Shown here piece by piece: positions 9,682-18,349 of a stretch of DNA of 59,808 nt (its first letter is position 1; every line of letters starts with the position of its first letter). A model generated the notes under the pieces. That model did no database searches. It worked only from the letters and a program-made list of their open reading frames with translations, and had not been told where the DNA came from. The stretch is from an uncultured Candidatus Saccharibacteria bacterium. GTDB taxonomy: Bacteria > Patescibacteriota > Minisyncoccia > Phycocordibacterales > PALSA-1337. The DNA lies in assembly GCA_964577365.1 (NCBI GenBank), contig CAZNYP010000001.1, positions 50,025 to 109,832 of the forward strand, in the 5' to 3' direction. The position numbers were made by a program, and so were the translations under genes.

Positions 9682-10065
9682 CTATTGTACCGCGTTCTCT
9701 GTTGCTGGAGTAGCTGGGTTATTCACAGGGGCTTCTGCTGCTGGAGCTGGAGTTGCCGCTGCTGCCTCTTCGCCTTCTTTCTTTACTGGAGTTTTCTTTG
9801 GGAGATTATTTACCTTTTTTCCTTCGATGACCTTGTTGTGTACAAAAAAGTTGTGGAGTGTGTCTGAGAGCTGTGCACCCTGTGCCATAAGAGCCTTTAT
9901 ACGGTCCACCTTGAACTGTTTGAGGTCATTCTGGATACGTGTATCGTATGAGCCCAAAACCTCGAGAAACTTTCCACTTTTAGGTCCATTTTTTGAATCA
10001 GTTAAAACAACACGAAACTTTGGTTCGTGCTTTCGTCCCACTCGCTGTAGTCGTATAGCTAACAT
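9682..10065 (-). CDS. rpsP: 30S ribosomal protein S16 (bS16) with an Ala/Pro-rich C-terminal tail
   Basis: MLAIRLQRVGRKHEPKFRVVLTDS... begins at the internal ATG 10065. The upstream 98 codons of the track ORF are not protein-like. Confidence 0.93.
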   Translation of the reverse strand: MLAIRLQRVGRKHEPKFRVVLTDSKNGPKSGKFLEVLGSYDTRIQNDLKQFKVDRIKALMAQGAQLSDTLHNFFVHNKVIEGKKVNNLPKKTPVKKEGEEAAAATPAPAAEAPVNNPATPATENAVQ

Positions 10066-10120
10066 GGGCAATATCCTAACATTTACTAGTAAAAAAGGCA
10101 AATTGGTGTATAGTATTGGT

Positions 10121-12022
10121 ATGCGAAAACTAATAGGGACTATCAAAACAACGGCAAAAGGCCTCGGTTTCGTGGTAGATCCAAAGAATCCTGACCAGGA
10201 TATACGCCTCGAAGAAGGCACACTCAATACTGCTCTAAACGGCGACACTGTAGAGATCGAAATAGGCAAAGATAGTAGCAAGGTACTCTCGGTTATTTCT
10301 CGTGCAAAGGCAAAATATGTAGGAACGATCACCCTCGAAGAAAATCTCGCTATCGTCATCCCTGATGATAAAAAATGCTACACAAAGTTCAACATTCCGT
10401 TGAAGTATGTTGGCGATGCTAAAAAAGGTGACAAGGTCCACATCCAGTTCACCTCATGGACCGATCCAAAAGCACTTCCTGATGCCGAAGTTATCCGTGT
10501 CATTGGTAAAAAAGGTCAAAATGATGCTGAGATGGAGTCTATTGTCCTCGAAAAAGGATTCGACACTCGCTTCCCTCCTGCAGTCGAAGAAGAAGCTAAA
10601 AAAATAGAAAAAAATAAAGAAGACATCTTCCGCACCGAAGTTCCAAAGCGTCGTGATATGCGAGGGACACTCACCATGACCATCGACCCGATCGACGCAA
10701 AGGACTTTGACGATGCTATTTCATATAAAAAATTGCCTGATGGAAAATACGAGATCGGCGTGCACATCGCAGATGTATCTCACTATGTGACCGAGGGCAC
10801 CGCTCTCGACTCTGAGGCTCTTCATCGTGGCTGCTCTATATACCTCGTCGATCGTACGATCCCCATGCTCCCGGAGGTTCTCTCAAACGACGTCTGCAGT
10901 CTCAATCCGCACGAGGACAAACTCACATTTTCATCTATTTTCGTAATGGATGACAAAGGAAAAGTATATGAGCGATGGTTTGGTCGCACCGTGATCAATT
11001 CTACTCGTCGTTTTACCTATGAAGATGCTCAAGCAAGTATCGACAATGGTGGTGAATACGCCGATGAGCTCCGCACACTAAACAGCATCGCAAAGAAAAT
11101 GCAGGCGGAAAAGTTTTCTCGTGGAGCGATAGAGTTCGAACAGGATGAGATCCGTTTTATCCTCGATGAAAATGGCAAGCCTACTGGTGTATACAAAAAA
11201 GAACGCCTTGAAACTCACAAACTCGTCGAAGAATACATGCTCCTCGCAAACCGTGAAGTAGCAAAATTCATTGCTGACTCTGTAGAGAAAAATAAAATCT
11301 CTCCTGGTTCTATATACCGCATCCACGATGTACCGGACAAAGAGCGTATCAACGATCTTGCCCAATTTGTAAAAGCACTCGGGTATGATCTAAAGACAAA
11401 AGACGGCACCGTAACAGCTTCGGCAATGAACGCATTGATGAAACAAGTCACTGGTACTCCTCACGAGGCACTCGTCAAAACTGCGGCGATCCGCTCGATG
11501 CAAAAAGCGATCTACTCTACCAAAAACATTGGTCACTTTGGTCTCGCCTTTACCTTTTACACCCACTTTACCTCTCCGATCCGCCGATATCCCGACCTCC
11601 TCGTGCATCGAGTACTTCAGGAGCACCTCACTGGACATACCTTTAACTCAAAAGACATCTCTCGATATCAAAACATCGCAGAACAAAGCTCTGAACGCGA
11701 AGTCGCTGCATCAGAAGCAGAACGCGCATCAAAGAAACTGAAACAAGTCGAGTATATGTCAGAGCGGATTGGTCAGACATTTGAAGGTACTATCTCTGGA
11801 GTATCAGAATGGGGTGTGTATGTGGAGGAAGTAAATACAAAGTGTGAAGGGATGATAAAACTCCGCGATCTCGGTGGTGACTTTTATGAATTTAAAGAAA
11901 AATCATACTCGGTGGTTGGACAACGTACAAAAAAGAAATTTACACTTGGCGACAAAGTAAAGTTTAAAGTTGCTGGGGCTGATATCGATCGACGAACACT
12001 GGATTACGTGATGGTGGCATAA
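10121..12022 (+). CDS. rnr: ribonuclease R / RNase II family exoribonuclease
   Basis: RNB-domain pattern (TIDPIDAKDFDDAIS, IADVSHYV, HFGLAF..YTHFTSPIRRYPDLLVHR) plus a C-terminal S1 domain. The start is chosen at ATG 10121, downstream of the divergent rpsP. Confidence 0.9.
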   Translation: MRKLIGTIKTTAKGLGFVVDPKNPDQDIRLEEGTLNTALNGDTVEIEIGKDSSKVLSVISRAKAKYVGTITLEENLAIVIPDDKKCYTKFNIPLKYVGDAKKGDKVHIQFTSWTDPKALPDAEVIRVIGKKGQNDAEMESIVLEKGFDTRFPPAVEEEAKKIEKNKEDIFRTEVPKRRDMRGTLTMTIDPIDAKDFDDAISYKKLPDGKYEIGVHIADVSHYVTEGTALDSEALHRGCSIYLVDRTIPMLPEVLSNDVCSLNPHEDKLTFSSIFVMDDKGKVYERWFGRTVINSTRRFTYEDAQASIDNGGEYADELRTLNSIAKKMQAEKFSRGAIEFEQDEIRFILDENGKPTGVYKKERLETHKLVEEYMLLANREVAKFIADSVEKNKISPGSIYRIHDVPDKERINDLAQFVKALGYDLKTKDGTVTASAMNALMKQVTGTPHEALVKTAAIRSMQKAIYSTKNIGHFGLAFTFYTHFTSPIRRYPDLLVHRVLQEHLTGHTFNSKDISRYQNIAEQSSEREVAASEAERASKKLKQVEYMSERIGQTFEGTISGVSEWGVYVEEVNTKCEGMIKLRDLGGDFYEFKEKSYSVVGQRTKKKFTLGDKVKFKVAGADIDRRTLDYVMVA

Positions 12023-12031
12023 AAAGGAAAA

Positions 12032-12070
12032 CCCACCGCCGAACGATGGGTGTCCATGTTGGGTGGTGGG
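12032..12070 (-). terminator. long imperfect hairpin terminator between rnr and the MIF-like gene
   Basis: Arms cccaccgccgaa / ttgggtggtggg form 12 bp with 2 mismatches. On the minus strand the hairpin is followed by ttttccttttt. Confidence 0.5.
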
Positions 12071-12083
12071 TTGGTCTGATCTT

Positions 12084-12431
12084 TCAGACGTGCGGGCCGT
12101 CCTTATCCACGTACTGGATCCAGATGAGGGCGCTTCCAGCCGGCAGCCTCAGAAGCTGGACCTCGGGGATTTCTTCGACCAGGCGTTTCCACTCGGCGAC
12201 AGCGTCATTCATCCGCTTCTTCCGGTCGCGCTTGCCGATCGTTTGAATCTCGATGGCGAGGAGCGGAGCGTGGCTGTACGGACCGTTGGGATAGACATAG
12301 TAGTCGATCTCGCGAAGAGTGAAAGACGGATCAGCCGTCTTCGCGACCTGGAGGCCCAGGATTTCATAGATCGCACGCAATCCCTTGGTACGAAAGCGAT
12401 CGGCGTTGTATCTGACCGTGATTTTCGGCAT
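12084..12431 (-). CDS. MIF / tautomerase-superfamily-like protein (115 aa, Pro-1)
   Basis: Starts with MP. Its length and beta-alpha-beta repeat pattern parallel MIF: MPKITVRYN..., LLAIEIQTIGKRDRKKRMNDAVAEWKRLVEE versus CSLHSIGK...LLCGLLAERL, and LIWIQYVD versus VYINYYD. AGGA lies 6 nt before the ATG. Confidence 0.55.
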   Translation of the reverse strand: MPKITVRYNADRFRTKGLRAIYEILGLQVAKTADPSFTLREIDYYVYPNGPYSHAPLLAIEIQTIGKRDRKKRMNDAVAEWKRLVEEIPEVQLLRLPAGSALIWIQYVDKDGPHV

Positions 12432-12469
12432 AGATGTTCCTGTATTGTCAATGTGAACTAACGGCCCAT

Positions 12470-12498
12470 ATTATAGCACTTATATCGACCAAAGTCAA
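12470..12498 (-). promoter_or_regulatory. consensus sigma70 promoter TTGACT-N17-TATAAT
   Basis: -35 at 12493-12498 and -10 at 12470-12475 on the minus strand, immediately after the smc stop. Confidence 0.65.
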
Positions 12499-12502
12499 TG
12501 TG

Positions 12503-14608
12503 CTACTTCGCCACTTTTACTGCCTCCTCAAACTGTATAGAAAGTAGTTTCGAAGCTCCATCCCCTCCCATCGTCACTCCATACAAAACTCCTGCACGAG
12601 ACATGGTCTCACGGTTATGTGTAATCAAAATAAGCTGCGAGTATTCAGACAGACTCTGGATCATGTCTCCATATTTTCTCGAATTCGCTTCATCGAGTGC
12701 CGCATCAGTCTCATCCAAAATGATAAACGGTGGTGGATTAACCTGAGAAATTGCAAACAAAAGTGCAATCGAGGTGAGCGCTCGCTCTCCACCTGAGAGC
12801 ATCATGAGGCCCTTTGTTTTTTTACGTGGAAGCTCAACGTATATATCGATTCCCTCACCGAGCTTTAGCTCTGCCTTCCCCCCTCCAAACATCAGTGCAA
12901 AAAAGTTTTGGAACTGTATATTTATCTTTACGATTCCTTCGGTAAATTCGTGGTTGATCCGCGCATCGAGATCGGCGATCACTGACTCGAGCGATGCCTT
13001 TGCCTGCTGTAGATCAGCGAGCTCACGAGCGAGGAATTCGTCACGCTCTGTGGTTTCTTTGTGTTCTTTTGTGACTTCTTCGCTGTTTCCGACACCACTA
13101 TCTTCGATGCGGATCTTTAGCTTTTCTAGTTCATGTCGTCGGGCATCCTGTTTTGCACGGTCCTCTGGCTCGATCGCGGTTTCTTTGTAGTCAGTGGCCT
13201 CACGACCTCCGAGGATGTAGGCCTCCTTGAGCTCTCGATCAAAGTTTTCTTTTAGAGATTTGAGGTTTATTTCTCTGTTTTTTAGATTAGACAAAACACC
13301 ACGGAGCTCATTGATCCGCGCCATGATTTTAAACATATCCTTTTCTGCATCACGATTTGAGTCTTTTTCTTTCTCGATTGTTTCCTTGAGTCTTTCATAG
13401 TCGACTCCGTACTCAAACTCTCTCTTTATACAGTCGCCTATTTTTAGCTTGAGTTGTTCCTGCTTTTTGCGCTGATCGTTGATCTGCTTTTGATATTCAT
13501 CGATGAGTGAACTATCGATCTTTGTTTTGTGCTTGCTGATGAAGTCACGAAGCAGGTTTTTTACAAAAGAAATAGGATGAAAATCTTCGATGCGGTACAG
13601 AATGTCCTCGACATCTTTTAAATACACCGTTTTTGTGTCTTCTCTATTGATCTTTTCGGTTTCGCGCTCGATCATACGGGTGAGCGTTTGTATCTCGCCC
13701 TCTATTTTGCCTTCTTCTCGAGACAGGAGATCCTTTTGCGTTCGTGAGTCAGAAATCTTCCGCTCTATAGAAATGAGTTCGTCACTTTTGTGATCTTTGT
13801 GTTTTGAGTGTTCGATGCGATCCTTTACCCGGAGGAGTTCGCTCTCGAGGCGATTGTATTCTTTTTCTGGTTCATGCTTTTCGCGCTCGATTTTGTCCGA
13901 TTCGTTTTTTATGTATACCTCTTCGTGTTTGAGGTACATACGATAGGTGGCGCGCATTTCGTTGCGGAGCTCGCGAACCTTTTCTACTTTTTCTACCTGT
14001 TTCTGGAGGAATTTTAGATGTGGAGCGATCTCACGTCGAAGAAGCTCGACTTCACGCATATTTTCCTGCGTCTTTTCGAGCTTTTTGAGGCTTTCATTTC
14101 GCTTGTACTGATAGATCTTGAGACCGAGCGCATCCTCGATCATTTCGCGGCGTTCGTCGGTACGCGCAGTGAGGATACGATCTGCTTCACCCTGGGAGAT
14201 GATATGGTGTCCAGAAGCCCCTATATGGGCCTGAGCGAGGAGTTCGGCGATATCTTTGAGTCTGACATTGCTGCCGTTTATATAGTACTCGTTGACGCCA
14301 TCGCGGTGGACGACGCGCTCGAGACTGACTTCATCAAAATCAAGTGGCAAAAGCCGTTTACTGTTGTCAAAAACTACTTTTACCGACGCACGGTTCACAC
14401 TTCCTCCATTGAAAATGAGATCCTCCCCACGCTTTCCTCGCATCGATTTTATCGATTGCTCACCAAGTACAAAACGAAACGCCTCAGCGGTATTTGATTT
14501 CCCTGAGCCGTTTGGACCAACGATGGCAGAAATAGGAGTGTTGAATTGGAGGGTAGACTTTTTTGCAAAAGACTTGAATCCTACTATTTCGAGCGACTTT
14601 AGATACAT
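12503..14608 (-). CDS. smc: SMC-family ATPase, short form (701 aa) without a recognisable hinge
   Basis: N-terminal FKSF...GPNGSGKSN Walker A, and C-terminal LSGGERALTSIALLFAI...IILDETDAALD signature plus Walker B. The middle is coiled-coil-like with only about 35 non-coiled residues. Confidence 0.85.
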   Translation of the reverse strand: MYLKSLEIVGFKSFAKKSTLQFNTPISAIVGPNGSGKSNTAEAFRFVLGEQSIKSMRGKRGEDLIFNGGSVNRASVKVVFDNSKRLLPLDFDEVSLERVVHRDGVNEYYINGSNVRLKDIAELLAQAHIGASGHHIISQGEADRILTARTDERREMIEDALGLKIYQYKRNESLKKLEKTQENMREVELLRREIAPHLKFLQKQVEKVEKVRELRNEMRATYRMYLKHEEVYIKNESDKIEREKHEPEKEYNRLESELLRVKDRIEHSKHKDHKSDELISIERKISDSRTQKDLLSREEGKIEGEIQTLTRMIERETEKINREDTKTVYLKDVEDILYRIEDFHPISFVKNLLRDFISKHKTKIDSSLIDEYQKQINDQRKKQEQLKLKIGDCIKREFEYGVDYERLKETIEKEKDSNRDAEKDMFKIMARINELRGVLSNLKNREINLKSLKENFDRELKEAYILGGREATDYKETAIEPEDRAKQDARRHELEKLKIRIEDSGVGNSEEVTKEHKETTERDEFLARELADLQQAKASLESVIADLDARINHEFTEGIVKINIQFQNFFALMFGGGKAELKLGEGIDIYVELPRKKTKGLMMLSGGERALTSIALLFAISQVNPPPFIILDETDAALDEANSRKYGDMIQSLSEYSQLILITHNRETMSRAGVLYGVTMGGDGASKLLSIQFEEAVKVAK

Positions 14609-14617
14609 AAATGTATT

Positions 14618-15325
14618 TTACCACCCTTTCACTTCGAGTGCTTTTTCTGCAGCTTTTTGTTCAGCTTCTTGCTTTGATGGACCACCACCTGTCGCTACCT
14701 GCACATCTCCGAGAAATACCCCGAGGGTAAAGATCTTGCTATGGTCAGGACCGGTTTCCTTTAGTGTTTTATACGATGGAGTGATACCGACATTTTCCTG
14801 AGCGCGTTCCTGGAAACGACTCTTTGCATCGAGCCATAGCTTTTTGGCAATGATTTCGTCAATATCGATGACCTCGAGAAGATTGCGAGAGATAAAGTTT
14901 GCGGCATTTCCAAATCCCTGATCAGTATAGATGGCACCGATGATAGCTTCGATCGTATCAGCAATGATGATGGCGCGCGCACGTCCGATGTCTTTTGATT
15001 CACCCTTTGAGAGGAGGAGGTATTCGTTTATCCCGAGCACGTCTCCTACGCGAGCAAGCGATATGGTGTTTACGAGCGCAGAACGATATGCAGTGAGATC
15101 ACCCTCTGCTGCATGTGGGAATTTGTGATACAAAAAGTTTGTCACCACGAGCTCGAGCACGGCATCTCCGAGGAATTCGAGGCGTTCGTTGTGATCGTGT
15201 CCGAGGCTACGATTTTCATTTATATATGAGCGGTGTGTACATGCCTGTCGAAGGAGGTTCGGATCGCGGAATTCGACGCCGATGAGTGTTTCTAGGTCTT
15301 TAAAATTAGGAAGTTTTTTCTGCAC
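14618..15325 (-). CDS. rnc: ribonuclease III
   Basis: The ERLEFLGDAVLELVV RNase III signature plus a C-terminal dsRBD. Confidence 0.95.
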   Translation of the reverse strand: MQKKLPNFKDLETLIGVEFRDPNLLRQACTHRSYINENRSLGHDHNERLEFLGDAVLELVVTNFLYHKFPHAAEGDLTAYRSALVNTISLARVGDVLGINEYLLLSKGESKDIGRARAIIIADTIEAIIGAIYTDQGFGNAANFISRNLLEVIDIDEIIAKKLWLDAKSRFQERAQENVGITPSYKTLKETGPDHSKIFTLGVFLGDVQVATGGGPSKQEAEQKAAEKALEVKGW

Positions 15326-16220
15326 TTAATAGATTTATAGCTTTTGTAATGATGGGGAGCATGTCGTTGTAAAAATTGAGCTCCAAAATATCTGACAATT
15401 TGAACCATCTCGCATCGTCGAGGCCACCTGTTTTTCCGAGGACGAGGGGATCAAATTTTGATTCTGCTAAAAAGTAGTTTACTTGTTTTCTGATTTTGCC
15501 GAGCTCTGGGTCTGCTGCTACATACTCATTGTTTCCAAGTATTTCTTTTATCACTATGTCCACACCCATTTCCTCTTTTATTTTCGCTACAGTCCCTTCT
15601 TTTACCTCCACCCCCTGAGGGATTTTTCCTTTTGATAGTGTCCAGTGACCAAAGACATCGTGGACGAGTGCGAGATATACCTCTCCTTCGTGCCGAGCAT
15701 AGACAACTGCACCTCCGAGATGAAGGATCGGCATCTGCTCATATGGAATATCTGGGATCTTTACTTTCTTTTTCTTTGGCGTAGCGTCTTTTCCTGGTTC
15801 ACCTATTTCTTTGTATACAGAGCCTAGAACACCGTTTACGAACTTTCCACTGTTCTCTCCACCATAGGACTTTGCAAGCTCTATAGCCTCGTTTATGGCC
15901 ACTTTAGCAGGTACTTCATCTCTGTTTGCAAAGAGAAGCTCGTAGAGTCCTATACGGAGAACATTTCGGTCGACCACTGAGATCTTGTCGATAGGCCAGT
16001 CTGGTGCGGCTTTTTCGATGATGAGGTCGAGGTCTGGTTTTTTGGCAATGACACTTTCAAGGAGTTCCTGCATGAACTCTACATCACTCATACCAGGAGC
16101 GAATTCTACCGCATTACGCTTTAGAATCCCTGGGATATCGTGCTTTGCAGCGTCACCGCAGAAGTCCCATTCAAAGAGTGACTGGAGGACTATTGATCTT
16201 GAGAGGTGTCTATTTGCCAT
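15306..16220 (-). CDS. nusB: NusB antitermination factor fused to a C-terminal Nudix-fold domain
   Basis: Residues 1-140 are NusB-like (RSIVLQSLFEWDF...AINEAIELAKSYGGENSGKFVNGVLG). A Lys-rich linker follows, then a Nudix-fold segment with the degenerate box GKIPQGVEVKEGTVAKIKEEMGV. Confidence 0.85.
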   Translation of the reverse strand: MANRHLSRSIVLQSLFEWDFCGDAAKHDIPGILKRNAVEFAPGMSDVEFMQELLESVIAKKPDLDLIIEKAAPDWPIDKISVVDRNVLRIGLYELLFANRDEVPAKVAINEAIELAKSYGGENSGKFVNGVLGSVYKEIGEPGKDATPKKKKVKIPDIPYEQMPILHLGGAVVYARHEGEVYLALVHDVFGHWTLSKGKIPQGVEVKEGTVAKIKEEMGVDIVIKEILGNNEYVAADPELGKIRKQVNYFLAESKFDPLVLGKTGGLDDARWFKLSDILELNFYNDMLPIITKAINLLSAEKTS

Positions 16221-16256
16221 TTTGATTTTTAAAAGATCGATTCACGGTTACTATTT

Positions 16257-16478
16257 TTATGCTTTAGTTTTTGTCTTTGCTTTAGCGACTTTTTTGTCTA
16301 ATACTTTCTTCATATCGATGATCATTTTCCCCTTGTAGAATCCACATGCTGAACACATAGAGTGTCGAAGGTGCATTGCACCACAATTTGAGCACTTTGA
16401 AAGACGCGCTGCTGAGAGAGCGTGATGACTTCGTCTATTGTCTCGGTGAGCCCGAGTTGCTCGCATTCGATTTACCAT
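16257..16478 (-). CDS. rpmF: 50S ribosomal protein L32 (bL32)
   Basis: MRATRAHRDNRRSHHAL...CSNCG...CSACGFYKG shows the L32 zinc-ribbon pattern. Confidence 0.9.
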   Translation of the reverse strand: MVNRMRATRAHRDNRRSHHALSAARLSKCSNCGAMHLRHSMCSACGFYKGKMIIDMKKVLDKKVAKAKTKTKA

Positions 16479-16498
16479 GGACTACACTATACAGGATT

Positions 16499-17065
16499 TT
16501 AGCTTTTTTGCAAGAGTTTATACTCACCCACCTTTACCTTTGGTGCCTTTACGACTTTTCCATTGAAACTATACCCCTTTTGAACCACCTCGAGGATCAT
16601 ATGATCTTTTGCTTCTTCCTCGGTCGGTTCATAGCTCGTTGCCTCATCGCGGTTTGGGTCGAATTTTTCACCTACCGGGTTGAGCTCTTTGAGGCCATAG
16701 CCCTCTAGGGTCTTGAGGAATTGGGTATAGATATACTCTACTCCGGTGCGCCAGTTTTTATCGACTTTTTCCCATGATTCTTTGTTTGCAAAAGCCATAT
16801 TGAAACTATCGATGGTCGAGATGAGCTCGGTCACGATCCCCTCGTTTGCGAACTTTATAAATTCCTTTTGTGACTCTTCGTCACGCTTGCGAGCATTCAC
16901 AAAATCAGCCTTGGCCTTTTGCCAGCCATTTAGGTACTCCTGTTTTTCCTCGACTGCCTTTGCGAGCTTTTCACGGAGTTTTTTTATGGTCTCGGTAGGA
17001 TTCCCTTCCTCCTCCACTGGTTCGTATTTTATTTCTTCTTCATTCATGTATGCAGTATATGACAT
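16499..17065 (-). CDS. grpE: nucleotide exchange factor GrpE
   Basis: Acidic N-terminus, then ...YLNGWQKAKADFVNARKR...GIVTELISTIDSFNMA...NPVGEKFDPNRDEA... The start is placed at ATG 17065 (alternative 17047). Confidence 0.9.
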   Translation of the reverse strand: MSYTAYMNEEEIKYEPVEEEGNPTETIKKLREKLAKAVEEKQEYLNGWQKAKADFVNARKRDEESQKEFIKFANEGIVTELISTIDSFNMAFANKESWEKVDKNWRTGVEYIYTQFLKTLEGYGLKELNPVGEKFDPNRDEATSYEPTEEEAKDHMILEVVQKGYSFNGKVVKAPKVKVGEYKLLQKS

Positions 17066-17082
17066 GAGGAAATTTTTGCAAT

Positions 17083-17198
17083 AAAAAAGGCCCGCCGACT
17101 GCGGCAGGCCCGTGCGATCAGATGTCCTCGTACTTCCCACCTTCACCGTCAGGATGAGGAGGAAGATCAGTCGGTTCCTTATCCATGCCCAGATTATA
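17083..17198 (-). ncRNA. mini transcription unit (~105 nt): extended -10 promoter, 22-codon ORF, hairpin terminator; candidate sRNA or micropeptide
   Basis: TGgTATAAT (-10 at 17193-17198), 6 nt, then ATG 17186. The ORF MDKEPTDLPPHPDGEGGKYEDI stops at 17118. The hairpin ggcctgcc/ggcgggcc (17089-17110) is followed by TTTTTT. Confidence 0.35.
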
Positions 17199-17202
17199 CC
17201 AT

Positions 17203-17235
17203 AAAAAGAAAAACCCGCCATGGGCGGGGTTTTTC
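17203..17235. terminator. bidirectional rho-independent terminator after rpsI
   Basis: cccgcc-atg-ggcggg hairpin flanked by an A-run on one side and a T-run on the other. Confidence 0.7.
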
Positions 17236-17242
17236 TGAGAAA

Positions 17243-17650
17243 TTATCGTTTTGACCACTGAGGAGCCTTTCGAGCTTTCTTTAGACCGAACTTTCTTCGT
17301 TCTTTTGCTCGAGGATCTCGCTTGAGGTATCCTGCTTTCTTTAGAACTGGTCGGAGTTCGCCATCGATCTCATTGAGCGCTCGTGCGATACCGTGTCGTA
17401 CAGCTACTGCCTGACCTTCTACTCCACCTCCCTTTGTGACAACAGTGACAGTGAATTTTTCAGCAGTCTTTGAATCAGTGATCGCAGAAGTAACAGTGTC
17501 CTGGAGTTTTCGTGTTGGGAAATATACAGCGAGTTCTTTGCCGTTTACTTCGTATGAATTCTTTGAAGCAGGAGTGAGGCGAACACGCGCAGTTGCGGTC
17601 TTGCGTCGTCCGATAGCTTCTATATATCTTTCAGTAGTTTTCTTTTCCAT
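17243..17650 (-). CDS. rpsI: 30S ribosomal protein S9 (uS9)
   Basis: [19 protein letters not shown]...[25 protein letters not shown] is the S9 pattern. Confidence 0.97.
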   Translation of the reverse strand: MEKKTTERYIEAIGRRKTATARVRLTPASKNSYEVNGKELAVYFPTRKLQDTVTSAITDSKTAEKFTVTVVTKGGGVEGQAVAVRHGIARALNEIDGELRPVLKKAGYLKRDPRAKERRKFGLKKARKAPQWSKR

Positions 17651-17651
17651 G

Positions 17652-17993
17652 TTATTCGGTAATAGTAATATTCTTCATCATGCCCTTTGTGAGCTTGTTC
17701 TTTGGGAGCATGCCGTAGACTGCTCGCTCAAATGCTTCTTTAAATCCTTTCTTTGCAACTACCTGTGCAAGTGTCTCATTGTAAATACCACCACGGAAGC
17801 CAGTAAATGTAGTGTACTCTTTTGAATTGAGCTTCTTTTCATTTATATCTGCCTTGCTTGTGTTTACAATACTCACTTTTACGTCAGTTAGTTTTGATCG
17901 TGAAAAAGCTGGGGTCTTTTTTCCCATGAGGTAACTCGCAGCTTCACTCGCTACGCGTCCTAGTTTTTTTCCTGTTGCGTCGATAGTAATCAT
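17652..17993 (-). CDS. rplM: 50S ribosomal protein L13 (uL13)
   Basis: [23 protein letters not shown] is the L13 pattern. Start at the internal ATG 17993, which avoids overlap with rplQ. Confidence 0.92.
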   Translation of the reverse strand: MITIDATGKKLGRVASEAASYLMGKKTPAFSRSKLTDVKVSIVNTSKADINEKKLNSKEYTTFTGFRGGIYNETLAQVVAKKGFKEAFERAVYGMLPKNKLTKGMMKNITITE

Positions 17994-17997
17994 AAAA

Positions 17998-18348
17998 TTA
18001 TACAAATTCAATTATAGCCATTGCACTACCGTCCTTTATGCGGCGACCGTTTTTGACGATACGTGTGTAGCCACCTGCTCGCTCTTTGTATTTTGGAGCG
18101 ATGGTTTCGACGAGTTTCTTTGCTGCAAATTCGCTACCGGTACGTGCGATGAGGAGTCGTCGTGAAGCGACAGAGTCTGATTTTGCTCGAGTAACGAGCT
18201 TTTCTGCCATTGGACGGAGTTCTTTTGCTTTTGCCAAAGTTGTCTCGATCTTTTCATGCTTAACAAGAGCAAGCGCAAGTGACTTCATCAGTGCATTTCG
18301 CTGATTCTTTTCTAGACCGAATTTTCGCTTGTTTGAATGATGTCGCAT
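17998..18348 (-). CDS. rplQ: 50S ribosomal protein L17 (bL17)
   Basis: MRHHSNKRKFGLEKNQRNALMKSLA..L..HEKIETTLAKAKELRP. Confidence 0.96.
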   Translation of the reverse strand: MRHHSNKRKFGLEKNQRNALMKSLALALVKHEKIETTLAKAKELRPMAEKLVTRAKSDSVASRRLLIARTGSEFAAKKLVETIAPKYKERAGGYTRIVKNGRRIKDGSAMAIIEFV

Positions 18349-18349
18349 G

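Noticed and set aside
9682-10359. The 225-aa track ORF extending rpsP upstream, and the 731-aa extension of rnr starting at 9827.
   Set aside because: The extensions overlap each other antisense and have non-protein-like sequence. Both true starts (10065 and 10121) have -10 boxes 6-7 nt upstream.
12032-12070. GC-rich imperfect hairpins after the cassettes as integron attC sites (one contains GTTGGGT, which fits GTTRRRY).
   Set aside because: The inverse core RYYYAAC is not matched. No intI or attI is present. The cassettes are dispersed among core genes rather than arrayed, and each carries its own promoter. The hairpins are followed by U-tracts and behave as terminators.
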